From: Candidatus Methanophagaceae archaeon
Lineage (GTDB): Archaea > Halobacteriota > Syntropharchaeia > Alkanophagales > Methanospirareceae
DNA length: 32,000 bases
Direction of reading: 5' to 3'
Assembly (NCBI GenBank): GCA_003194425.1
Contig: PQXB01000001.1
Location: 550,444 to 582,443 of the forward strand
Shown: positions 1-8,427 of the stretch, one piece after another
How positions within the stretch are numbered: position 1 is the stretch's first letter
Layout of the letters: every line of letters starts with the position of its first letter
The notes under the pieces: model-generated
The model's database searches: none
The model's input: the letters and a program-made list of their open reading frames with translations, nothing else
Told to the model about the DNA's origin: nothing
Translations under genes and position numbers: made by a program

Positions 1-13
1 GCTGGAGCGGAAG

Positions 14-817
14 GTGCAGGAAGGGCTCACTGCCGGAATTGACTCCGGCTCGACGACAACGAAAGCCGCGATAATGCAGGAGAATGAGGTCTTGGGCGTT
101 GCGTGGTCGCCGACGCGGGAAGTGGTAAAAACAGGCGAGAAAGTCTTTGCGGAGGCGTTGGAACTCGCGGGCGTAAAACGGGACGAGATTGAGGCGCTGG
201 GAACGACGGGCTACGGCAGGCACGCGTTGGGCGAGCATTTTAAGGCGGACTTGGTGCAGGAGGAGCTGACCGTGAACTCGAAGGCTGCGATGTTTCTTGC
301 GGGCATCGAGAAGGGCGAGGCGATGATAATTGACATCGGCGGAATGGACAACAAGATAATAACCGCGAACGACGGCATTCCCGACAATTTCACGATGGGC
401 GGGATTTGTGCGGGCGCTTCGGGAAGATTTCTTGAAATGATTGCACGCAGGCTTGGAGTGGGCGTGGTCGAAATGGGAAAGCTGGCGTTGGAAGGCGACT
501 ACGAGAGAGTGAAGACCGACAGTTACTGCATCGTCTTCGGGATTCAAGACCTCGTCTCGGCGTTGTCCAGCGGTGCGAGGCGGGAGGATGTTGCGGCTGC
601 CGCCTGCCACTCGGTCGTGGAACAGGTGAAGGAGCAGTTGCTGCAGGAGATTGACCTCAGGCAGCCCGCGATTGAGGTCGGCGGCACTGCGTTAGTGGAG
701 GGCGTGCCGGCGGCGATGAACGATGTTCTGGGCTTTGAGGTGGTCGTGCCGAAATATCCGCAGTACATCGGTGCGGTGGGCGGGGCGCTGCTCTCTTCGT
801 CGTTCAGGCGGAAATGA
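14..817 (+). CDS. BadF/BadG/BcrA/BcrD-type ATPase (2-hydroxyacyl-CoA dehydratase activase-like)
   Basis: [13 protein letters not shown] phosphate-binding motif near the N-terminus. [11 protein letters not shown] and YCIVFG cysteine motifs are typical of HgdC-like activases. GTG start at 14, but the frame is open to the window edge, so the true start may lie upstream. Confidence 0.7.
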   Translation: MQEGLTAGIDSGSTTTKAAIMQENEVLGVAWSPTREVVKTGEKVFAEALELAGVKRDEIEALGTTGYGRHALGEHFKADLVQEELTVNSKAAMFLAGIEKGEAMIIDIGGMDNKIITANDGIPDNFTMGGICAGASGRFLEMIARRLGVGVVEMGKLALEGDYERVKTDSYCIVFGIQDLVSALSSGARREDVAAAACHSVVEQVKEQLLQEIDLRQPAIEVGGTALVEGVPAAMNDVLGFEVVVPKYPQYIGAVGGALLSSSFRRK

Positions 818-840
818 GGCGTGAAGAGAATAGTAAGATA

Positions 841-886
841 GGAGGAGGAAGAAGAAAGATTGGAGGAGGAAGAAGAAAGATTGGAG
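841..886. repeat. 21-nt tandem duplication ggaggaggaagaagaaagatt x2 plus a partial third copy, in the activase-hemL spacer
   Basis: Read directly: 841-861 and 862-882 are identical. Each unit contains GGAGG. Confidence 0.9.
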
Positions 887-905
887 AAATGGGAAGAAGT
901 AAAAA

Positions 906-2201
906 ATGAAATCCACAAAATTATTTGAACTCGCCTCGAAATATATGCCCGGCGGGGTTAGCAGTCCGGTGCGTGCCTACGCGCCGTACCCTTTCTTTAC
1001 AGCGGGTGCGAAAGGCTCGCGGATTCGCGACGCAGACGGCAGGGAATTCGTTGACTACTGCCTGGCGTACGGACCGCTCGTTCTGGGGCACGCTAACGAG
1101 GAGGTGAAGGAGGCGGTGAAAGAGCAGCTCGAGAAGGGCTGGCTCTACGGCACGCCGCACGAGAGGGAAGTGGCGCTTGCGGAGAGGATTGTAAAGTGCT
1201 GCCCCTCGGTTGAGATGCTCAGGTTTGTCAGCACGGGCAGCGAGGCGACGATGGCTGCACTACGGCTCGCGAGAGGGTTCACGGGGCGAGACAAAATCGT
1301 AAAAATCGAGGGCGGATTTCACGGTGCTCACGACGGCGTCTTAGTTAAAACAGGCTCTGGTGCTGCTACTTTAGGAATTCCAGATTCTGCAGGGGTGCCG
1401 CGGGATTTCGTGAAAAGCACGCTGCAGGTCCCGTTTAACGACGCAGAGGCTCTTAACGAGGTGCTTGAGAAGGAGCAGAAGAAGAACAGTGGAGAAGGAG
1501 AGGTTGCGGCGGTTATAATTGAGCCGGTGCTGGGAAATGTCGGACCGATTCCGCCGGAGGCTGGCTACTTGAGCGAGGTTCGGAAAATAACAGAGGAGCA
1601 GGGGGTTCTGCTTATTTTCGACGAAGTAATTACGGGCTTTCGGTTGGCGTTGGGCGGAGCGCAGGAGTTTTACGGCGTGCGAGCGGACTTGACGACTTTG
1701 GGCAAGATTGTCGGCGGGGGATTTCCAATCGGCGTCTTCGGGGGTAAAAAAGAAATTATGAAACTCGTTGCTCCCTCGGGACCTGTGTACCAGGCAGGGA
1801 CTTTCAGCGGCAACCCGGTTTCTGTTGCTGCGGGTTTAAAGACGGTTGAGATTTTGGAGCGGGAGGGGAGGGGTGAGGGAGTGCTGCGGAGAATAAACGA
1901 GGTTGGCGAGCGGCTGAGAAAGGCGTTAGGCGAGATTTTGACGGATTCCGGCGTTGAAGGCTGCGTCTCGGGTGTAGGCTCGATGTTTAAGATCTTTTTC
2001 AGCGAGGGAGGAAAAAAAGTGAAGAATTATGCAGACGCGTTGAGTTGCGACAAGGAGAAATATTTACGGTTCTTTCATAAAATGCTGGCTTCTGGCGTCT
2101 TCCTGCCGCCCTCGCAGTTTGAGACGAACTTCGTCAGTTCCGCACACACCGAGGAGGATTTAGAGAAGACGGTAGAGGCGTACAAGGAGAATTTGAGATG
2201 A
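906..2201 (+). CDS. hemL: glutamate-1-semialdehyde 2,1-aminomutase
   Basis: 431 aa. N-terminal [13 protein letters not shown], class-III aminotransferase core, and PLP lysine context [12 protein letters not shown]. Confidence 0.92.
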   Translation: MKSTKLFELASKYMPGGVSSPVRAYAPYPFFTAGAKGSRIRDADGREFVDYCLAYGPLVLGHANEEVKEAVKEQLEKGWLYGTPHEREVALAERIVKCCPSVEMLRFVSTGSEATMAALRLARGFTGRDKIVKIEGGFHGAHDGVLVKTGSGAATLGIPDSAGVPRDFVKSTLQVPFNDAEALNEVLEKEQKKNSGEGEVAAVIIEPVLGNVGPIPPEAGYLSEVRKITEEQGVLLIFDEVITGFRLALGGAQEFYGVRADLTTLGKIVGGGFPIGVFGGKKEIMKLVAPSGPVYQAGTFSGNPVSVAAGLKTVEILEREGRGEGVLRRINEVGERLRKALGEILTDSGVEGCVSGVGSMFKIFFSEGGKKVKNYADALSCDKEKYLRFFHKMLASGVFLPPSQFETNFVSSAHTEEDLEKTVEAYKENLR

Positions 2202-3283
2202 GAAATATAAAATTTCACGACAGGGAGAAGGAGATAAAAGAGCTAACAAGCCTGCTTAGCACCGAGCCGACGCTGATTACCTTTGTTTACGGTCCCATCA
2301 ACAGCGGAAAAACTGCTCTGCTTGACTACTTGACCAAGCGTCTGCCGAAGAATTATGTCGTCTTTTACATAAATCTCAGGGGGAAGTTTATCTCGAATTA
2401 CGACGATTTTGTTCGGGCTTTGTTCAAGTTGGAGCGTGAGGAGAAGGAGTACAAAGCGGTCTTAAAAGCGGTCTCCGAGGTTTCGCTAAAGAGTTTGAGA
2501 TTCGCGGGGATTCCGATAACTGAAGGTATTTTAGACTTATTTTTCAAGAAGAAGACTTATGAAGATGTCTTTGAGTTTTTGGAGGATTATTTTAGCGAGA
2601 TAGCGGAGAATAAAGTCCCTGTCTTGATTGTGGACGAGTTGCAGAAGATCGGAGATGTCAAGATTGACAATCATTTAATTTACGAACTTTTCAACTTCTT
2701 TATTCGGCTGACGAAGGAGTTGCACCTGTGCCACGTTTTTGCAATCTCTTCGGATTCGCTTTTTATCGAGCGGGTTTACAGCGAGGCGATGTTGCAGGGG
2801 CGGTGCAGGTTTCTGCTGGTCGACGATTTTGACGAGCAGACGACGAGGGCGTTTCTGGAGGCGCAGGGGCAGGGTTTTACGGAGGCGGAGAAGCAGGAGG
2901 CGTGGGAGTACTGCGGTGGGAAGCCTGTGTGTTTGGTTGAGTTGGCGAATGCGAAGATAAACGGGAAGAGCGTAGAGAGAGAGGCTAAAAAGTTGCTGAA
3001 GATTAGAACGAGCCAAATACTCTCGATATTCGATGAAATAGCGCTTGGAAAGGTTGAATATTCGGAAAAGGCGGTAGCAGAAGAGTTTAAGAACTTTGAG
3101 GCAGAGGAGGTTATAAAATATGAGAGGGAAACTAAAGAGAAATTGTTTCTGGTTGGGAGGAATGTGTTGTTCATTGACCCGACAGAGAGAACAATAAGAC
3201 CGCAGTCGCGGTTGGACTTGCTCGCGATAAGGGTGGTGCTGAAAAACCTTTCTTTACAACCTTTCTTTAAAAAGAAAGTTTGA
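2198..3283 (+). CDS. archaeal P-loop ATPase (Arch_ATPase/DUF234-like)
   Basis: [11 protein letters not shown]...[13 protein letters not shown]alker A and VLIVDELQ Walker B. ATGA start/stop overlap with hemL. Confidence 0.6.
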   Translation: MRNIKFHDREKEIKELTSLLSTEPTLITFVYGPINSGKTALLDYLTKRLPKNYVVFYINLRGKFISNYDDFVRALFKLEREEKEYKAVLKAVSEVSLKSLRFAGIPITEGILDLFFKKKTYEDVFEFLEDYFSEIAENKVPVLIVDELQKIGDVKIDNHLIYELFNFFIRLTKELHLCHVFAISSDSLFIERVYSEAMLQGRCRFLLVDDFDEQTTRAFLEAQGQGFTEAEKQEAWEYCGGKPVCLVELANAKINGKSVEREAKKLLKIRTSQILSIFDEIALGKVEYSEKAVAEEFKNFEAEEVIKYERETKEKLFLVGRNVLFIDPTERTIRPQSRLDLLAIRVVLKNLSLQPFFKKKV

Positions 3284-3364
3284 CCAAAGAAAACTTGACA
3301 AAAGAGAAATTATTCTTAAAGAGGAAGGTTATTTAAATAGAATAAAAGGAATAACAATAAGGAG

Positions 3365-3937
3365 ATGCAAATACAGGTAAGAAGAAACGTGAGGGGGTTC
3401 GCGTTTGGTTTAGTGGCAGCGTTGTTAGCGGGCGGAATTCTGGCGGCAGGCGGCGGCGTAGTGCAGGCGGTGCAGGTGGCGGGTAGCGGTGGTGGCGGCA
3501 GCGACGAGGGGCTCGTCGCGGAGTGGCGTTTCGACGAGGGTGCAGGGAGCGTTCTGCACGACAGCTCAGGAAACGGAAACGACGGCGTGATTCACGGCGC
3601 GACTTGGACCGAGGGGAAGTTCGGGAATGCGTTGCGGTTCGATGGTCAGGATGATTTTGTTGAAGTACCTCATAGTAGCTCCTTAAACTTAGGAAAATAT
3701 TTCACAATAACTACGTGGATCAAACCAACGACATTATCAACCGACAACCAATTGATACTTGGTAAAGGAAGTTGGTGTCCTGACGGTGCACCGACATTCA
3801 AGGGATTTTCTTACGCGTTTTTCATAGGTGCAGATTACCAAGGAGCGTATAAGTCTTCAGAAAATGCAAATAAGTTAGCACTCCATATTAACAAAGGTGG
3901 TAATTTTTACCATGAAATTTTGAGAGGGAGGCGATAA
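3365..3937 (+). CDS. secreted LamG/concanavalin-A-like lectin domain protein, probably C-terminally truncated
   Basis: N-terminal hydrophobic signal/anchor, then WRFDEGAGSVLHDSSGNGNDG...ATWTEGKFGNALRFDG..DFVEVP, typical of Laminin_G_3 domains. The ORF stops before the usual end of the domain. Confidence 0.55.
   Translation: MQIQVRRNVRGFAFGLVAALLAGGILAAGGGVVQAVQVAGSGGGGSDEGLVAEWRFDEGAGSVLHDSSGNGNDGVIHGATWTEGKFGNALRFDGQDDFVEVPHSSSLNLGKYFTITTWIKPTTLSTDNQLILGKGSWCPDGAPTFKGFSYAFFIGADYQGAYKSSENANKLALHINKGGNFYHEILRGRR
3926..3931 (+). promoter_or_regulatory. Shine-Dalgarno-like GGGAGG, 8 nt upstream of the TTG start of the RHH gene
   Basis: Sequence gggagg followed by cgataaaa then TTG at 3940. Confidence 0.4.
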
Positions 3938-3939
3938 AA

Positions 3940-4131
3940 TTGGAAATTATACAAGCGAGACTCACTCCAAAACTGCTGGAGGAAGTGGAAAAGATGGTAA
4001 AAGAAGGACTCTATGCAGACAGAGACGAAGCAATTAGAGACACCATCAGAAGGTTAATGCGAGAGATGAGACACTCTAAAGAGGAAGAGAACCTCCTGAA
4101 GGATGCGGAATGGGGGCTTTACGGTAAATGA
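3940..4131 (+). CDS. ribbon-helix-helix (CopG/NikR-N-like) DNA-binding protein
   Basis: 63 aa. IIQARLTPKLLEEVEKMVKEGLYADRDEAIRDTIRRL matches the RHH beta-strand/helix/helix pattern. TTG start with an upstream SD. Confidence 0.55.
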   Translation: MEIIQARLTPKLLEEVEKMVKEGLYADRDEAIRDTIRRLMREMRHSKEEENLLKDAEWGLYGK

Positions 4132-4172
4132 AATGAGCGAAGAGAAGAGAAAAGCGGTTTCATATTCCTAAT

Positions 4173-5150
4173 ATGAAGCAGCAGAAAAACTCGTTCTTAA
4201 AAATCGGCGGGCTTTTTGCGTTCTTCTGCACCGCGTTCTACCTCGCAGTGCGACTGACGCCCAGCACTTTCGCACCGCTGAACCACTACACTGCGACCGC
4301 GTTGGGGTTCTTCCTACGAGCGTTCGGCTTGCAGCCAACCGTGCAGGGCGACTTGGTGGTGGCTGCAGGGGGCGATTTCGGGGTTGAAATTGTGGACGAG
4401 TGCACGGCGATTTTTATGTTCGTTCTCTTCGCCGCGTTCGTGCTGGCTTACTCGACTTCGGTGCGGAAGAAGGCTGTAGGGCTGCTCTTTGGACTTCCGT
4501 TCTTGTTTGCTGCGAACACGGTGCGGCTTGCGACGGTCTTTTTGGCGGGGCTGTGGTGGCCAGCGGGTTTTGAGTACGTTCACGTCTTCCTTTGGCAGAC
4601 GCTAATCTTAATTCTCGTCTTCGTCGCCTGCTTAGCGTGGCTGCACTTTGTGGTGCTGGTTCCTACACTGACAGACAAGCCGCTGCCCTTCTTTGCAAGG
4701 TTCGTAGCCTTTGCGAGCCTGCTCTTCTTGGTGGGGCTCTCTTTTGACGAGAAATATATTTTGGTGACGGCTCGTGTAACTGAATTTCTGCTGCACTGCG
4801 CCGGCCACTCTGTGCAAATTGCACCCGACCCGAACGCGGCGGTCTACCCAGCGACCTTCAACCTCTTGGCGTTTGCCGCACTTATTCTGGCGACGCAGTC
4901 AAAGACAATCGCGAAAAGGACGAAACTGAAGGCGTTGGCGGTTGGTTCTGCGCTAATCTTTGGCGTTGAGGTCGTTCACGAGTTTTTTATGTTTCTTTCT
5001 CCTCTGCCGTTGGAGGTGCCGCACGCGTTCGAGTTTATGGTTGCAGCGCGGATTGCAAATCAGTACTTCCTCCCGTTCGGGCTCTGGCTCGCCTTTGCTT
5101 ACAGCCTTACACCACCTTCACTCGCTGCAGGAGGTCGTCCGAAGGAGTAA
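4173..5150 (+). CDS. exosortase/archaeosortase-family polytopic membrane protein (paralog distinct from ArtA)
   Basis: Multi-TM protein with the family catalytic pattern: Cys in VDECTAIFMF, an N..R motif (AANTVRLATVF) about 40 aa later, and downstream His residues. Confidence 0.6.
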   Translation: MKQQKNSFLKIGGLFAFFCTAFYLAVRLTPSTFAPLNHYTATALGFFLRAFGLQPTVQGDLVVAAGGDFGVEIVDECTAIFMFVLFAAFVLAYSTSVRKKAVGLLFGLPFLFAANTVRLATVFLAGLWWPAGFEYVHVFLWQTLILILVFVACLAWLHFVVLVPTLTDKPLPFFARFVAFASLLFLVGLSFDEKYILVTARVTEFLLHCAGHSVQIAPDPNAAVYPATFNLLAFAALILATQSKTIAKRTKLKALAVGSALIFGVEVVHEFFMFLSPLPLEVPHAFEFMVAARIANQYFLPFGLWLAFAYSLTPPSLAAGGRPKE

Positions 5151-5660
5151 AGATGAGGGTAACTGAGTCGCCGGACTTGAGTTTCTTCTTCAGCACAAGC
5201 ACCAAAACATCTCCCGTCTCAAAACTCGCCCCCGCCCACTTGGTTTTCCAGTCTGCTCTCTGCCCGGTTGTTCCAATAAAAACACCGTTTAATCCAATGT
5301 CTTCTCCGAGACCGCCAGCAGAGAGGTCAAAAATCTTGCCGTTAATTTTTACTTGCAGTGCGTCCCACCCCTGGTAGTCAGCACTTCTTCCGTCCTTGAA
5401 TGCATTTTTTATCGTTTCTCCGCCGTAATGAATCAGTGTTATATTTTTCCCCCTGCTACACAGCCTTCAAGGATCAACGCTGCACGCGGTGTTGTAGTCA
5501 CCACGCTAATCAGACCGTAAGAAATGGCAGCCACGACCACTGCAATTACTACCGTAACTGCGATCATCAGAATAATGCCGATCACTGGCGAGACCGCTCT
5601 CTCTACCTCACTCTCTCTTCTTCTGCTCTTCGCTCTGCCGTAAGTTTCTTTTAGTTTCAC
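5107..5660 (-). pseudogene. archaeal type IV pilin-like protein (class III signal peptide, DUF1628-like) interrupted by a -1 frameshift
   Basis: The N-terminal ORF (5439-5660) encodes RAVSPVIGIILMIAVTVVIAVVV. The -1 frame from 5451 down to 5107 is open and encodes ...NITLIHYGGETIKNAF...FETGDVLVLVLKKKLKSGDSVTLIFTPSDDLL, the typical C-terminal part of this family. That part has no Met and so is absent from the ORF track. GTGA overlap with the atpF stop. Confidence 0.6.
5445..5451 (-). promoter_or_regulatory. candidate -1 frameshift slippery heptamer G GGA AAA (in the 0 frame of the pilin-like gene)
   Basis: The mRNA reads GCA GGG GGA AAA AUA UAA. This fits the X XXY YYZ pattern, with the 0-frame stop two codons downstream. 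It may equally be a homopolymer indel. Confidence 0.3.
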
Positions 5661-6043
5661 TTAACCGCAACACCAACTGCGCGTTTTATCAGCCATCCGA
5701 TTTCGTCAATCTCCTTCGCCAGCGGTCCTTTCTTGTCCGGCACTTCGATGATAATTGGAATTACGCCCTTCTTCCTCGCATTTATCTCTTTTATCTTTTC
5801 CCTCGCCTTCGTCTCGGCTGCAAGTCGCTCTGTTATGACAATAATTCTGAGACCGCCGTTCCCTTCCCCGCCGTCTCTCGCCAGCCTCTCCAAGACACGT
5901 GCGACCTCTTCTCCACCGTCTGAACCCGCTCCCGCTCCCGCTCCCGCTCCCGCTCCCGCTCCCGCAGAACACTCGAAGACTGCTTTTACGCCTGCGAGCC
6001 TGAACCCAGTGGCAGTTTCAGGGTCTCCGATTACCGCGATCAT
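5657..6043 (-). CDS. atpF: A-type (V-type) ATP synthase subunit F
   Basis: MIAVIGDPETATGFRLAGV... and C-terminal IKRAVGV are typical of AtpF. Contains a (GA)n insert. Confidence 0.8.
   Translation of the reverse strand: MIAVIGDPETATGFRLAGVKAVFECSAGAGAGAGAGAGAGSDGGEEVARVLERLARDGGEGNGGLRIIVITERLAAETKAREKIKEINARKKGVIPIIIEVPDKKGPLAKEIDEIGWLIKRAVGVAVK
5925..5965. repeat. hexanucleotide cccgct x6.8 inside atpF (encodes AGAGAGAGAGAGAG)
   Basis: Read directly; perfect copies. Confidence 0.95.
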
Positions 6044-6699
6044 TTTTCCGCAAAAAGAGACTTAACAATCTCCTCTCGCAAGCCGCTGGAGAGACGAGCC
6101 ATTCGCTGCTCAAAGGTGTTGTTCACTTCTACCTTCCCGCCTCTTCCGCTGACCACCACGCCCCCTTCCGATTTTATCCTTTCTCCTGACACTGACAAAC
6201 GAACTTTCACTCCTCCTCTCGTGCTTCTCTCAACCTCTGCAGAGAGTTCTTTCAGCATTTCAGGGGTCACAAACGACGCGTCCTCCTCGCTGAGTCTTAC
6301 TTCTAATTCGCTGCTACTACCCGCACCCGCGGCGACTACGCTCACTGCAGCGTCTTTTATCAAGCCCGCCAAAATCTCGGAGTAGGACCGCCCTTTGAAG
6401 CCGTTCTTTTTTACTTCCTTTAGTGCCTTCGCTGCTTCTTCTAAGACCTCAGCGATTATTTTTTCTTCGGCGTCCCACCTGACCTTCCTCGCGTTCAGCC
6501 GAGCGGCTCTGACTACGCCCTCCTTCTCCTCGCGTGCCTTCTGCTCTGAAGCGGCGACAAAAGACTTCTTTTGCTCTTCTACCTCTGCCCTCGCTTCTGC
6601 GAGCCTCTTCCTTCTGTTCGCCTCTGCGTCGCTAATTATTTTCTCGCATTCCGCCTCTGCCTCTTCCTTTATCTTTCTAACAATCTCCTCTGCACCCAA
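6040..6699 (-). CDS. atpE: A-type ATP synthase subunit E
   Basis: N-terminal coiled-coil (IKEEAEAECEKIISDAEA...) and C-terminal globular part ending GGVVV...VEVNNTFEQRM...LF. TTG start preceded by GGAGG. Confidence 0.8.
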   Translation of the reverse strand: MGAEEIVRKIKEEAEAECEKIISDAEANRRKRLAEARAEVEEQKKSFVAASEQKAREEKEGVVRAARLNARKVRWDAEEKIIAEVLEEAAKALKEVKKNGFKGRSYSEILAGLIKDAAVSVVAAGAGSSSELEVRLSEEDASFVTPEMLKELSAEVERSTRGGVKVRLSVSGERIKSEGGVVVSGRGGKVEVNNTFEQRMARLSSGLREEIVKSLFAEK

Positions 6700-6712
6700 A
6701 CTACTCTCCCCT

Positions 6713-6786
6713 CCTTCCTTCTACCTTCCTTCTACCTTCCTTCTACCTTCCTTCTACCTTCCTTCTACCTTCCTTCTACCTTCTTT
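6713..6786. repeat. 11-nt tandem repeat ctaccttcctt x about 6.5, in the atpH-atpE spacer
   Basis: ctac recurs at 6721, 6732, 6743, 6754, 6765 and 6776. In mRNA sense the unit is AAGGAAGGUAG. Confidence 0.95.
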
Positions 6787-6794
6787 CCTTCCAC

Positions 6795-7112
6795 TTACCT
6801 CAGCCCCAAAGTTTTTTCTAAGACCACGCTCACTGCGGAGTCGCGATTTGACTCGGCGAGAGATTTCCGTTTCTCTGCTTCCGCCGCTGCATTTTTCATT
6901 ATTTCCGCCTTTGCCTGCTCGCCTTCTTTTCTGTATTTCTCTAAAATCTGAGCAGCCAATTTCTTCTCGTCCTCCAGCGCCTTCTCTTTTACCAGCCGCA
7001 CTTCTGCCTCCGCATCTTCTAATATTTTAGCAGCCTTCACCGTCGCCTCTTCTTTCAGCCGCCTGCCTCTCTCCTCGCCCTCTTTTATTAACTTTAGTGC
7101 TTCTACTGCCAT
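6795..7112 (-). CDS. atpH: A-type ATP synthase subunit H (peripheral stalk, G-like)
   Basis: 105-aa all-helical E/K/A-rich protein (LIKEGEERGRRLKEEA...AEAEKRK) located directly upstream of atpE. Confidence 0.65.
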   Translation of the reverse strand: MAVEALKLIKEGEERGRRLKEEATVKAAKILEDAEAEVRLVKEKALEDEKKLAAQILEKYRKEGEQAKAEIMKNAAAEAEKRKSLAESNRDSAVSVVLEKTLGLR

Positions 7113-7158
7113 TATATTTTTTATACGAATTTTCTTTAAAATAATCTTTTCTTATTTT

Positions 7159-7230
7159 CGGTTCGGTTCGGTTCGGTTCGGTTCGGTTCGTTTCGTTTCG
7201 TTTCGTTTCGATTCGGTTCGTTTCGTTTCG
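7159..7230. repeat. pentanucleotide microsatellite (CGGTT)5(CGTTT)4 CGATT CGGTT (CGTTT)2, in the divergent atpH/grpE intergenic region
   Basis: Read directly; about 14.4 units. Confidence 0.95.
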
Positions 7231-7285
7231 AGCTTGAGTCAAATTTATCAAATTATTTTATGCTGGAAAATTATACGAAAAATAT

Positions 7286-7909
7286 ATGAAGAATAATATT
7301 AAAGAGAGGAGAAAAAAGGAGAAAAGAGAGGAGAGGAGTTTGACAAAAGTTCAGAAAAAAGAGCACGGACAAAAGGAAGCAGAGCAAGAAGCAGAGCAAG
7401 AAGCAGAGGTGGAGAGCAGTGAATTAGAGGAGTTGCAGGAGGAATTAGAGGAGAAGAGGAGGTTAGCGGACGATTATTTGTCGCGGCTAAAATATCTGCA
7501 GGCTGAGTTTGAGAACTACAAAAAGATGGTCGCTCGCGAGCGGGAGAGGTACGAGGCGTCTGCGACTGAAGGGCTGGTAAAAAACCTGCTCCCGATTATT
7601 GATTCGCTTGAGAGCGGTCTTGCGACCGCGAATGCAAATGTGAAACGGAGTGAGGGTGAGTCGTCGTTTGTCAAGGGAATTGAGTTGATTTACAAGGATT
7701 TGATGGCGGTGCTCGGTAGAGAAGGGTTGAAGCCGATAAAAGCGGTTGGCGAGCCGTTCGACCCCTACAAGCACGAGGTCGTAACCGCGGTCGTTGACGA
7801 CGGTCTCCCGGAGGACACGGTCGTGGAAGAGCTTGAGAAAGGGTTCTTGCTGGGCTCGAAGGTGATTAGGACCGCGAAGGTGAAGGTCTCTAAAGCAAAA
7901 AAGAAATGA
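7286..7909 (+). CDS. grpE: nucleotide exchange factor GrpE
   Basis: YLRLKYLQAEFENYKKM...LLPIIDSLE...PFDPYKHEVV...GFLLGSKVIRTAKVKV. The N-terminal tail contains a 12-nt x2.75 repeat (7376-7408). Confidence 0.9.
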   Translation: MKNNIKERRKKEKREERSLTKVQKKEHGQKEAEQEAEQEAEVESSELEELQEELEEKRRLADDYLSRLKYLQAEFENYKKMVARERERYEASATEGLVKNLLPIIDSLESGLATANANVKRSEGESSFVKGIELIYKDLMAVLGREGLKPIKAVGEPFDPYKHEVVTAVVDDGLPEDTVVEELEKGFLLGSKVIRTAKVKVSKAKKK

Positions 7910-7922
7910 AAGAGAGAATCCA

Positions 7923-8363
7923 ATGCCAGACAAAGAGACACTCAGGGAATTCCTGCTAAAAGAGGTTGACCTCATTCAAGAAATCGTAAAACGAATGGCT
8001 TTCAACTCGTTTATGATAAAAGGCTGGACTTTAACGCTCGTCGTTGCGTCCTTGCTGTTGCGTGGGACGAAAGGGACAGGGACAGAATCTCAGGTTTGGG
8101 CGGATTTTATCGCGTTTATTCCTCTGCTCGTTTTTTGGTTCTTGGACGCTTACTTCTTGTGGCAGGAACGGATGTACAGGAAGCTGTACGAGTGGGTGGT
8201 GGCGAACAGGCTTGCGACAGACGAGTTTTTGCTTGACCTGAACGCTTACAGGTTTAAAGAAGAGGTTCAGTCGAGGTTCAGGATTATGTTTTCCACGACT
8301 TTGGGTTGGTTCTACGGTGCGATCGCGGTTTTGATAGTAATTTATGCTTTAAGATTATTTTAA
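7923..8363 (+). CDS. hypothetical 3-TM membrane protein inserted between grpE and dnaK
   Basis: 146-aa ORF with an amphipathic N-terminal helix followed by three hydrophobic segments. I do not recognise a family with confidence. Confidence 0.5.
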   Translation: MPDKETLREFLLKEVDLIQEIVKRMAFNSFMIKGWTLTLVVASLLLRGTKGTGTESQVWADFIAFIPLLVFWFLDAYFLWQERMYRKLYEWVVANRLATDEFLLDLNAYRFKEEVQSRFRIMFSTTLGWFYGAIAVLIVIYALRLF

Positions 8364-8410
8364 CCACAAAAGAAAGATAATAACTGAAAAATAAACAAAA
8401 TAAGCAAAAA

Positions 8411-8416
8411 GGAGGT
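8411..8416 (+). promoter_or_regulatory. Shine-Dalgarno GGAGGT upstream of dnaK
   Basis: ggaggt lies 11 nt upstream of the ATG at 8428. Confidence 0.5.
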
Positions 8417-8427
8417 CAAAAGAAAAA

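Noticed and set aside
3940-4131. RHH protein as the antitoxin of a toxin-antitoxin pair
   Set aside because: No PIN, RelE, MazF or similar toxin ORF is adjacent on either side, so it is called only a stand-alone RHH DNA-binding protein.
5153-5377. Plus-strand 74-aa ORF in the gap after the archaeosortase paralog
   Set aside because: Its translation is low-complexity and motif-free. The opposite strand over the same bases encodes the recognisable C-terminal part of the pilin-like protein.
6395-7030. Plus-strand ORFs of 211 aa and 126 aa antisense to atpE/atpH
   Set aside because: They are S/F/L/P-rich shadow ORFs of the E/K/A-rich ATP synthase stalk genes and of the 11-nt repeat. They have no motifs.
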